This document shows, piece after piece, positions 7,916 through 15,818 of a stretch of 27,146 bases of DNA. Below the pieces are notes generated by a model, which did not search any database, was not told where the DNA came from, and was given only the letters and a program-made list of their open reading frames with translations. Source of the stretch: Gemmatimonadota bacterium (lineage in GTDB: Bacteria; Gemmatimonadota; Gemmatimonadetes; Gemmatimonadales; GWC2-71-9); the NCBI GenBank assembly GCA_003221005.1, contig QHTZ01000098.1, forward strand, positions 1 to 27,146. Reading direction: 5' to 3'. Position 1 is the stretch's first letter; every line of letters starts with the position of its first letter. A program made the translations under genes and the position numbers.

Positions 7916-10069
7916 CTAGGGGTGGCCGTTTTCGCCGCGGGTCAGGCGGACCGCCTGAGCGAGATGTTGGGCGATGGTGGCGAGCTCGGTCGCGCCGTGC
8001 CGCAGGCTCTCGATCGCCTTGAGCTGCTGTGCCGCGGCCGCGGCGACCGCCCCCGTCTCGCGCGTGGACGCCTCCGCCCCCTCCTTCCCCTGGGCCAGCG
8101 ACTGGGAGATGCGCCCCGACAGGTCCGCGATGCTCCGGGCGACCTCGGCCACGCGCTTCCCGGCGCGCGCGGTCCCTGACGCCGCCTCCGCGATGCGGCC
8201 GAGGTCTTCCACCCAGCTCGCGGACCCGTGCACCACCTGCGAGAGATCCGTGCGGATGTGCTCGAGGAGCTGCACCGCGCGGTCGAGTGCGCGGCGCGTC
8301 TCCTGCGCCGACCGTCCCACGTTGCGCGCCTCGCGGCCGCTTTGCTCCGCGAGCTTGTGGACCTCGTCTGCCACCACCGCGAACCCCCGGCCGTGGACTC
8401 CAGCCCGGGCGGCCTCGATGGTCGCATTGAGGGCGAGGAGGTTCGTCTGATTCGCGATGAAGCCGATCGTTTCCGAGAACTTCTCGACCTGCTCGGCCAC
8501 GTCCCGGAGCCGGCGCACCTCGCCAGCGCTCTCGTCGGCCGTAGCCCCGAGATCCGTCAACTGGCGGACGGCGCCCTGCGTCTCCAGCCGGACTTTGCCG
8601 GCGGTTTGCTCCATCTGTGCGCCGGCCTCGCGCGTCTCGTCACCTGCCGCGGCCACGTCCGCGGCGTTCTGCTTCAGGGTCTCCGACTCGCGCGTGGCGG
8701 CGCTCACGAGTTTCGTCGCCTGCGCTGCGTCCTGGCTCGCCCGCCGCGCGGCGGCCGCCACTTCTTCGCTCGCCGCGTGGATCTGCTGCATCGTGGCCGT
8801 CAGCGTCCGAATGTAGCCCGCGGTCCGGTCTGAGGCCCCCACGACGGGTTGCACCGAGCTCTCGACGGCGAGCATGAGGGCGAGCTGCGGCGCGAGCAGC
8901 GCCAGTAGCGCGCCGTCCGAGTCACGGTACATCCCCGGATCCGAGTGCCGGACGCTCCATAGCCCGACGAGCTCACCGGCGTGGTACAACGGCAGCAGCA
9001 CCTCCGAGCCGGGGGTTTCGTCGCTCGGGAGTACGACTTGATCACGACGCAGTCCGTGAGCGATGACTGGATGCCGCAGGCGCACGGCGTCCCCCGTGAG
9101 TCCTGCATCGGCATCGAACCGAAACGCCGTGCGTTCCTTAGGCACGGCGGTATCCGCGACCAGCTCCATCTGGTGGGCTCGGGCGTCGTAGCGTGCGAAC
9201 CCCATGTGCTCCCACGGGACGAGGCGGCGCGTGAGCTCTTGAATTCGGGGGAAGCTGCGCGCCAGGCTGATATGCCCGGCGATCGTCTGCGAGAGGCCCT
9301 GGATCAGCTGAAGCTCGTCGGCCCGGACGGCCCGGCGGATGACGTAGGCCGACCCGGCGGTGGCCGCCGCGAGGAGCGCGCCCGCAGCCGCGGTCGTCTC
9401 GGGTTCGAGCCCTGCGTGCACCAGGCGCAGCCACGCGAGCGCCAGCAGCGCCGAGGTGGTATAGACGATCGCCTCCCACCGCGCGGTGAGGCGCGGCTCT
9501 ACCCACGCGACGGAACGATCCAGCGCGAGCGCCAGGTAGAACGTTCCGTTGGCGATCACCGGCAGGGCGACGAGCAGCACGCCAAGCGGCCCGAAGTTCG
9601 CCTGCACCAGCGCCTCGGCCCCCGAGGCTCCATGCACCCGCGCGTACAACAGGCCCGCCGCGGCGCTGCCAGCCGTGAGGTGAACGGCGTTCCCGAGCAC
9701 AGCGCGCGGCGGCAGGCGTCGCAGCAGCAGGTCTCCCGCCCCCACGGCGAGCGGCGCGACGACGACCGCGAGCGCCCAGCCGCGATCGAGCACCGCAAAG
9801 GCCATGACGCCGAGCACGTACGAGGAGAAGCCGTTGCCGGGAAGCCCGATGCCGTAGCGGCGGGTGAGCGCGCCCACCGCGGCGAGGGCGAGGACTTCGG
9901 CAGCGCCGCCCAGCGTAGCCCGTCCCGAGGTCGCGGCCAGCGTCGCGCCGGCGAGCGCCGCGGCGGCACCTAGGGCCACCAGCGCCTGCACGAGGAGTCC
10001 CGGCGCCAGGCGCGTGCTGCGAGGAGGATCGATGCCGCGCAAACTCGGCCGTGTGGCGCCACGTGTCAA
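7916..10069 (-). CDS. Methyl-accepting chemotaxis protein with multi-pass membrane N-terminus and a GAF domain
   Basis: Hairpin-tip motif [43 protein letters not shown]-like segment GLTGDAVR...[19 protein letters not shown]. Several hydrophobic helices. The true start is probably downstream of 10069. Confidence 0.9.
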   Translation of the reverse strand: MTRGATRPSLRGIDPPRSTRLAPGLLVQALVALGAAAALAGATLAATSGRATLGGAAEVLALAAVGALTRRYGIGLPGNGFSSYVLGVMAFAVLDRGWALAVVVAPLAVGAGDLLLRRLPPRAVLGNAVHLTAGSAAAGLLYARVHGASGAEALVQANFGPLGVLLVALPVIANGTFYLALALDRSVAWVEPRLTARWEAIVYTTSALLALAWLRLVHAGLEPETTAAAGALLAAATAGSAYVIRRAVRADELQLIQGLSQTIAGHISLARSFPRIQELTRRLVPWEHMGFARYDARAHQMELVADTAVPKERTAFRFDADAGLTGDAVRLRHPVIAHGLRRDQVVLPSDETPGSEVLLPLYHAGELVGLWSVRHSDPGMYRDSDGALLALLAPQLALMLAVESSVQPVVGASDRTAGYIRTLTATMQQIHAASEEVAAAARRASQDAAQATKLVSAATRESETLKQNAADVAAAGDETREAGAQMEQTAGKVRLETQGAVRQLTDLGATADESAGEVRRLRDVAEQVEKFSETIGFIANQTNLLALNATIEAARAGVHGRGFAVVADEVHKLAEQSGREARNVGRSAQETRRALDRAVQLLEHIRTDLSQVVHGSASWVEDLGRIAEAASGTARAGKRVAEVARSIADLSGRISQSLAQGKEGAEASTRETGAVAAAAAQQLKAIESLRHGATELATIAQHLAQAVRLTRGENGHP
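10041..10069 (-). promoter_or_regulatory. Candidate sigma70 promoter for the chemoreceptor gene
   Basis: Perfect TTGACA (10064-10069), a 17-nt spacer, then GAGTTT (10041-10046). The spacer contains the palindrome GTGGCGCCAC (10053-10062). Confidence 0.45.
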
Positions 10070-10090
10070 GCGTGACTATCCTTTTCCGAT

Positions 10091-10327
10091 ATGCGGGTCA
10101 CCATCGAGTACTGCGTAGTCTGAAACTACGAACCTCGAGCCGCCGGTCTGGCGGCTGAGATTCGCAAGACCTACCCCCAGGCGGACGTGAAGCTCATCGA
10201 GTCCTCGGGCGGCGTGTTCGAAGTCGAGGTCGACGGGCGCCGGGTGTTTTCGAAGAAGGCGCTCGGGCGGCACGCGCAGCCTGGCGAGGTGCTCAAGCTC
10301 ATACAGCAGCCACCGGCGAAGCGATAG
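10091..10327 (+). CDS. SelT/SelW/SelH (Rdx family) selenoprotein, 78 aa, selenocysteine at TGA 10121-10123
   Basis: Translation: MRVTIEYCVV-U-NYEPRAAGLAAEIRKTYPQADVKLIESSGGVFEVEVDGRRVFSKKALGRHAQPGEV. It has the CxxU motif and the Rdx GxFEV and FSK signatures, with a SECIS-like hairpin directly downstream of the TGA. Confidence 0.93.
10134..10159 (+). other. Bacterial SECIS element (selenocysteine insertion hairpin)
   Basis: CTC-g-AGCCGCC [GGTCT] GGCGGCT-GAG: a 7-bp upper stem, a bulge and a 3-bp lower stem. It begins 10 nt after the in-frame UGA and has a G-initiated apical loop. Confidence 0.85.
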
Positions 10328-10391
10328 CACCCCGGGCCCCAAGGCCGGCCCCGTTTGCGTTTTGCGCCCACGCCTTCTTGTATTCTGAATC

Positions 10392-12935
10392 GTGCACATC
10401 CCCCGCGACCATTTCCTTCCTCCCGATCCCCAGGCGTTTCTCGCCGCCGAGCCCGCCACCGGCCGGGTCATCGTCATCGCGCCGACCCGCGCTGCGTGCG
10501 AGACGATCGAGCTCGCGCTCGGGCTCCGCATCGAGACGCTGCTCGAGCGGGAGCACGGAGACGACATCCGCAGGCTCGCCGCGTCGGGTCGCGGGTTCGG
10601 CATCGTGGCGGGGACCGGGACCGGAAAGACCCTGGCGGTCCGGGCGATGGCAGAGACGATTCTCCAGGCGCCGCTCAGGGTCGGCGTGGTGAACCGCGAG
10701 CGCGAGGCGACCCCGGAGACGCCAACGTGGAACGTTGTGATCGTGACCACCGGCATCGCGCGGCGATGGTTCGAAGATGGGCTGATCACCGCCCGCGATA
10801 CGCTGGTGGTGGATGAGATCCATCAGACGTCGGCGGAGCTCGAGCTCTGCCTCGCCCTCGGCAAGCGCGCGCGCTGCCGCTTCATCTGGCTGTCGGCCAC
10901 AGTCGATCCGAGCTTCTACGCCCGCTACCTCGATTCGGCCGAGGTGCTCGAGACCGTGGCGTTCGACCCCGCGAAGGCCGCCGAAGTGCACGTCGTCCCA
11001 CAGCGGCCCCTCGAGTTCCTCGACGACCGCTGTGTGCGCCGGGCCGTGCGCGAGCGCCGGGGCGTCGCGGTGTTCGTGCCCACCCGGGCCGAGGTCGAGC
11101 AAATCGCCGGCGAGCTGGGGGACCGCTGGCAGGCCCTCGCGACCGCCTTCTACCATGGGGGGGAGCCGATCCGCGTGATCCGCCCCTTCCTGGACGGGAC
11201 CGTCCGCCGGCCCTTTCTCCTGGCCATGACCGCCGCGGGCCAGTCGGCTTTGAACATCCGGGGCCTCGACACCGTAGTCATATATGATGCGCGCTACGCG
11301 AACGTCGTGGAGCGCGGGCGGAACGTACTGACCCGGCTGTACCTCGGAGCGAACGAGATCTTGCAGATGGCGGGCCGCGTACACGGCCGCGTCGCCGGCG
11401 GACAGGTCTTCATCCTGAGCGACCGCGATCTCGCGTTCGACGAGCTCCGGCCCACCCCCCCCGAATTCCAGCTCGCCGGCGACGCGGAGCGCGTGGCTAT
11501 CACGTGCGCCGCGCTGGGCGTGGACGCCCAGGACCTCGAGCTCCCCGTGCCGCTGGATCGCCGCGCGTACCGGCGCGCCATGGAGCTCCTGACCGAGCGC
11601 GGACTGATCGAGGGGGGGCGGCTCACCCGGTATGGCCGCGAAGTGGAAGCGATGCCCGTCGAACGGCCCTGGGGCGAGCTCCTGTACCACGCCGACGCGA
11701 CGCTCATCCCGATGGTGGCCGTGGCCGCGAACATCGAATCGCTGCACCGCATGACGCGCGAGGAACGCCACCTCACCGGGCTGGTCGTGGCAGGGAGTGA
11801 TCACCTCACCGCCTACAACGTGTACGCCGAAGCCGTCAACAAGCACGGCTACGTGGGGGAGGTCTACGGGCTGCCGCGCCACCTGTTCCGTGAGACGGTC
11901 GACGCTTGGGCGGAGGGGCGCGGCGTTTTGGTGAAGGTGATCGAAGACGTGGCCCTCGGCATGGCCTCCGTGTACCGTCAGCTCGAGCTCCCGCTCCCCG
12001 AGAAGTTCGCGTACGCGGACGACCGCGCCCTCGCGGGCTTCGCCGACCTCGTCGCCAAAGTGATGCCGTTCGACCTCGTGATCGACGAGGAGACGGCGGA
12101 CGGCCGCGAGGCCCGGGTGAGCCGGGGCTCGGTGTGCGGGAGCTGGGGAGCTGTGGCGGGAACGTTGCGGTATTTCGCCGACCGCTTCGGCGTGCCGCGC
12201 GCGAGCATCGAGGGGACGCAGCTTCCTGAGCGAGCGATCCGCCGCTACGCTCGGCGCGGTGAGCCGGCGGTGGTGTTCGAGCAGCGGCGGCGGCGCGAAG
12301 GCCTCCTCGCCGTCCGCGCCGCGACCTACTTCGGGTTCGTCTTGGAACGCGACGTCGAGCCGCTTCCCAATCCCTTTCCCCCCGAGCTCGCCGCTGCGGC
12401 GCGCGCCGCCCTGGTCGAAGCGCTGCTCGCCGGCGCGACGCCGCACCCCGATCAAACGCGCCTCCGGCGCGCGCTGGATCGCTTCGACTTCTATTGGCGC
12501 CGCTCGGGGGGGCGGCTCGCGGCCGCCGCGCCCGAGCGTCTGGCCGGGCTCCTCGCGGAGCGCATTCGGAACGTCCGGTCGTGGGAGGCCTTCCTAGACG
12601 CGCGCTTGTCGCTGGATGTCGAAGCGACTATCCCGGCCGCCGCGCGCGCCGAGCTCGAGGCGTTGCCGGCCTCCGTGCACCTGCTGGGCGATCGGATCGC
12701 ACTCGAATACGAGGTAGGCCCCGGCGGCGGGGCGGTCCGGCTGCGGCTCAAGGAGGGGCAGGCACGTCGGTTGCGAGTCGGGGACCTGCCTCCCCTCGAC
12801 CGGCCGGTGCGATTCACCGTGGTGCGAGGTAAGCGAGAAGCGGCGCGTGCCGACAGCCTGGCGGACCTGCAGCGCCAGCTCTCCGGGCTCCCCCGAGGGG
12901 ACCGGCCGCGGCTCGCGCGGCGCCGGCGCCGCTAG
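10392..12935 (+). CDS. SF2 DExH-box helicase, divergent HrpA/HrpB-like
   Basis: Motifs GTGTGKT (I), TTG (Ib), DEIH (II), SAT (III), FVP (IV), TAAGQSALNI (V) and QMAGRVHGR (VI). LTRYGREVEAMPV is typical of the winged-helix/HA2 region. Confidence 0.9.
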   Translation: MHIPRDHFLPPDPQAFLAAEPATGRVIVIAPTRAACETIELALGLRIETLLEREHGDDIRRLAASGRGFGIVAGTGTGKTLAVRAMAETILQAPLRVGVVNREREATPETPTWNVVIVTTGIARRWFEDGLITARDTLVVDEIHQTSAELELCLALGKRARCRFIWLSATVDPSFYARYLDSAEVLETVAFDPAKAAEVHVVPQRPLEFLDDRCVRRAVRERRGVAVFVPTRAEVEQIAGELGDRWQALATAFYHGGEPIRVIRPFLDGTVRRPFLLAMTAAGQSALNIRGLDTVVIYDARYANVVERGRNVLTRLYLGANEILQMAGRVHGRVAGGQVFILSDRDLAFDELRPTPPEFQLAGDAERVAITCAALGVDAQDLELPVPLDRRAYRRAMELLTERGLIEGGRLTRYGREVEAMPVERPWGELLYHADATLIPMVAVAANIESLHRMTREERHLTGLVVAGSDHLTAYNVYAEAVNKHGYVGEVYGLPRHLFRETVDAWAEGRGVLVKVIEDVALGMASVYRQLELPLPEKFAYADDRALAGFADLVAKVMPFDLVIDEETADGREARVSRGSVCGSWGAVAGTLRYFADRFGVPRASIEGTQLPERAIRRYARRGEPAVVFEQRRRREGLLAVRAATYFGFVLERDVEPLPNPFPPELAAAARAALVEALLAGATPHPDQTRLRRALDRFDFYWRRSGGRLAAAAPERLAGLLAERIRNVRSWEAFLDARLSLDVEATIPAAARAELEALPASVHLLGDRIALEYEVGPGGGAVRLRLKEGQARRLRVGDLPPLDRPVRFTVVRGKREAARADSLADLQRQLSGLPRGDRPRLARRRRR

Positions 12936-12947
12936 CCGGGCGCGGTT

Positions 12948-12974
12948 GTGACCTCGGCAAATTCGCGGGGTCTA
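12948..12974 (+). promoter_or_regulatory. Candidate ECF sigma-factor promoter upstream of the PAS-Fis gene
   Basis: GTGACC-N16-GTCTA arrangement in an AT-richer intergenic gap. Confidence 0.3.
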
Positions 12975-13035
12975 TAGTAGATAAGCCGGTTCGAGCTGAA
13001 ACCTTGAAATGCTGGCCGAGGATACTCTGGCGCAT

Positions 13036-13500
13036 ATGACTCCTAGAGAAAAAACCGCGTCGTTGCCCCCCGTCTTCTCCGTGTCCCCGCTCGGCCAAGC
13101 CGTGATGGAGTCGTTCGGCGAAGGGATCGTGCTGTTCGATTCCTACGGTCGGATCGTGTACGCGAACGCGCACGCGAAGCGCGTCGCCGGGATCGAGGGC
13201 GACGTCGCGGCCCACCGTGCCGAGTCGCTGCGACCGCGGCTGCTGGCGCTCGGCGGGCGGGTCGCGCCGCTCCGCTCGGGCGCGGCGAGTTTAGGCGAGG
13301 CAGTGTTCCTGCCACGCACCAACGAGCCCCGCACGCTGGCGGAGCGGGAGCGTCAGGCGATCGTCGACACGCTGGAGCGGACGAGCGGTAAGCTCGCCGA
13401 GACCGCCCGGCGGCTGGGCATCAGCCGGACGACGCTGTGGCGGCGGCTGAAGGCGTACGGACTGCGCCCGCACAACGGGGGACGCGGCTCGCACCAGTAA
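13036..13500 (+). CDS. Small regulator: PAS-like domain plus Fis-type HTH (HTH_8), with no AAA+ domain
   Basis: PAS N-terminus AVMESFGEGIVLFDSYGRIVYANAHA. Fis HTH TLAERERQAIVDTLERTSGKLAETARRLGISRTTLWRRLKAYGL. ATG 13036 follows TACTCT by 7 nt; ATG 13009 is the alternative start. Confidence 0.85.
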   Translation: MTPREKTASLPPVFSVSPLGQAVMESFGEGIVLFDSYGRIVYANAHAKRVAGIEGDVAAHRAESLRPRLLALGGRVAPLRSGAASLGEAVFLPRTNEPRTLAERERQAIVDTLERTSGKLAETARRLGISRTTLWRRLKAYGLRPHNGGRGSHQ

Positions 13501-13577
13501 CCGCGGGCCCGCACATCCTGGCGGCTCTGGAGCACGCCGCCTAGCTTCCCCGCTTGCAGTGCCCCCGCGGGGAGCGA

Positions 13578-14039
13578 ATGGCCGCCAGACCGTACACCAT
13601 CGAAGAGTACGTCCGCTGGTCGGACGTGGATTTCGCAGGCATCATCTGCTACGGGGCATACCTTCGGTTTTTCGAAATCGCGGAGACGGAGCTGTTCCGC
13701 GCCGCCGGGCTCGCCTTCCACGACGTATTCGATCGCTACGACGTGTGGTTCCCCCGCGCGGCGATTCACAGTGAGTTCTACCGGCCCGCCCGTCTCGACG
13801 ACCGGCTCCGCGTGGCGGCGTACGTGGGCCGCGTCGGGACCAAGTCGCTGACGCTGAACTTCGACGTGCTGCGGGACGATCCCCCCGGCCTCGGCGCCGC
13901 CGGCTATCAGGTGCTCGTATGCGTCGAGCGGGCCGGTCTCACGCCGCGCCCGCTCCCGCCCAAAATGGTCGACGCGCTCGCCCCCTACACGCTCACCCTC
14001 GAAGTGGCGCGAGCTCAGCTCGGCGTCGCCGCGCCCTGA
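13578..14039 (+). CDS. Acyl-CoA thioesterase (hotdog fold, 4HBT/YbgC-like)
   Basis: Motifs VRWSDVDFAGII, YLRFFEIA, PARLDDRL and VGTKSL. GGGGAG precedes ATG 13578; TTG 13554 is the alternative start. Confidence 0.9.
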   Translation: MAARPYTIEEYVRWSDVDFAGIICYGAYLRFFEIAETELFRAAGLAFHDVFDRYDVWFPRAAIHSEFYRPARLDDRLRVAAYVGRVGTKSLTLNFDVLRDDPPGLGAAGYQVLVCVERAGLTPRPLPPKMVDALAPYTLTLEVARAQLGVAAP

Positions 14040-14542
14040 GACCGCTGCTCGCGCTGCTCCTGGTGGGCGCGTGCGGCCGCGCGGCTGGCCCGCCGGAGCC
14101 GGGCACGGTGCGCGCGGTGCTGGTGCGCCCGCCCCACGATACCGTGCGGTTTACCGCGCCCGCCGTGGCGCACCGCTGCGGCCGGGGCGCGGGCGTCCTC
14201 GTCGAGGGGATCGTGGGGGGAAACGGCGTCCTCCTGTGGGCGCGCTCCGGGGACTCGAGCGTGATCGGAGACTTTCCGCCCATCACGCGGGGCGACAGCA
14301 CGACGCCGCGCGGTGCCATGGCTTCGTTCCGGTTCATGCTCGGTGAAGACGCCCGCGGGGTCACCTTCGACAGCGGCAGCGTGATGCTGACGCGGTCCGA
14401 TGGGAGGCAAGCGCTCGAGGCGCAGGTTCGCGGCTCCGGGTTGGAGCCGGTGGCGGGTCAGCGCGTGCGCCTGGAGGCGACGTTCGCCGCCGTGCCGCTC
14501 GCTCCCGCCTCCGACACGGCGAGCTGCACGGTGCGGCTGTGA
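14036..14542 (+). CDS. Hypothetical lipoprotein, probable CTG start overlapping the upstream stop (CTGA)
   Basis: From CTG 14036 it reads (M)RPLLALLLVGA-C, a compact lipoprotein signal peptide. It is the same frame as track ORF 13919..14542, whose first 39 codons overlap the thioesterase. Confidence 0.7.
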   Translation: MRPLLALLLVGACGRAAGPPEPGTVRAVLVRPPHDTVRFTAPAVAHRCGRGAGVLVEGIVGGNGVLLWARSGDSSVIGDFPPITRGDSTTPRGAMASFRFMLGEDARGVTFDSGSVMLTRSDGRQALEAQVRGSGLEPVAGQRVRLEATFAAVPLAPASDTASCTVRL

Positions 14543-14572
14543 CGCAGGCGCTGCGCCGTTAGATTCCGCCTC

Positions 14573-15778
14573 GTGCCAGAGACCTACTTCCGCCGGGGCT
14601 TCGGACTCAAGGGCGCGATCGAGGGTGCGCTCGCCGCTGACTACCACAGCCGCATCGTGGATGTGATCCGCGGCCGCGGCTACACCCTCGTCGTGGGCGA
14701 CCTGACCTTCAGGCTGGCGCACGAGTTCGGGTTCTGCTACGGCGTGGACCGCGCCGTCGAGTACGCGTACGAGACGCGGACCAAGTTCCCGGATCGCCGC
14801 CTGTTCCTGGTGGGCGAGATCATCCACAATCCCCACGTAAACGCCAAGCTCCACGACATGGGCGTCGAGTGCCTGCATCGCCCTGAAGGCGGAGCCTTCG
14901 ACTTCGCGGCCGTGACGCCCGACGACGTCGTGATTCTCCCGGCGTTCGGCGTCACCGTCGGGGACTTCGAGCGCCTGCGCGAGATCGGGTGCGTATTGGT
15001 GGATACGACTTGCGGCTCGGTCCTCAATGTGTGGAAGCGGGTCGAGTCCTATGCCCGAGATGGCTTCACCGCGCTGATCCATGGCAAGAGCTACCACGAG
15101 GAGACCAAGGCCACGGCGAGCCAGGTGACCAAATACGCGGGCGGGAAATACCTCGTGGTCCGGGACATGGCCGAAGCGCGCGTGGTCTGCGCGTACATCG
15201 AAGGCACCGGGGAGCGCGAGGACTTGCTCGCCCGGTTTGCAGGGAAAGTCTCGCCCGGGTTCGACGCCGAGCGGGACCTCGTGCGCGTCGGCGTCGCGAA
15301 CCAGACCACGATGCTTTCGAACGAGTCGCTCGCAATCGCCGCTCTCGTGCGCGACAGCATGACGCGACGCTACGGCGCAGGCGAGCTCGCGGACCACTTC
15401 CGCAACTTCGACACCATCTGCTCGGCGACGCAGGACCGTCAAGACGCGGTGCTCAAGCTGATCGCCGAGCCGCTCGACCTGATGGTGGTGATCGGCGGAT
15501 ACAACTCGAGCAACACGACGCATCTCGCGGCGATCTGCCACGGGCGCGTCCCCACGTATCACATCGAGGACGCCACCGGCATCGATCCCGCGACGGGAGC
15601 GATCCGGTTCCGCCCGGTGGGCGCGCAGGGCGCGACGCGGGGCGAAGCCTGGCTGCCCGAGGGCCCGGTCAAGATTGGCATCACAGCCGGGGCGTCGACG
15701 CCGAACAACAAGATCGGGGAGACGATCGAGCGCATCGCCGCGACGCGCGGCGTCTCGCTGGCGGCCAGCCTCGCGTAG
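14573..15778 (+). CDS. ispH: 4-hydroxy-3-methylbut-2-enyl diphosphate reductase
   Basis: Motifs [54 protein letters not shown] and GITAGASTP. Confidence 0.97.
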   Translation: MPETYFRRGFGLKGAIEGALAADYHSRIVDVIRGRGYTLVVGDLTFRLAHEFGFCYGVDRAVEYAYETRTKFPDRRLFLVGEIIHNPHVNAKLHDMGVECLHRPEGGAFDFAAVTPDDVVILPAFGVTVGDFERLREIGCVLVDTTCGSVLNVWKRVESYARDGFTALIHGKSYHEETKATASQVTKYAGGKYLVVRDMAEARVVCAYIEGTGEREDLLARFAGKVSPGFDAERDLVRVGVANQTTMLSNESLAIAALVRDSMTRRYGAGELADHFRNFDTICSATQDRQDAVLKLIAEPLDLMVVIGGYNSSNTTHLAAICHGRVPTYHIEDATGIDPATGAIRFRPVGAQGATRGEAWLPEGPVKIGITAGASTPNNKIGETIERIAATRGVSLAASLA

Positions 15779-15818
15779 CGTCCGAGCGTCTTCGGGAAAG
15801 TTTCGCCATATTTCAGCT

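Noticed and set aside
10076-10789. 237-aa minus-strand ORF, and ORF 10171..10371, covering the gap between the chemoreceptor and the helicase
   Set aside because: These are antisense shadows of the selenoprotein and helicase genes.
10299-12455. 718-aa minus-strand ORF and similar long antisense ORFs (14015..15562, 17130..18506, 23088..24554)
   Set aside because: Long stop-free antisense frames are expected in high-GC coding DNA. They have no motifs and lie opposite clearly identified genes.
15675-15818. N-terminal extension of Lhr in the ORF track
   Set aside because: It overlaps the ispH 3' end and is low-complexity Arg/Ser sequence. Family similarity begins at about GTG 15819.
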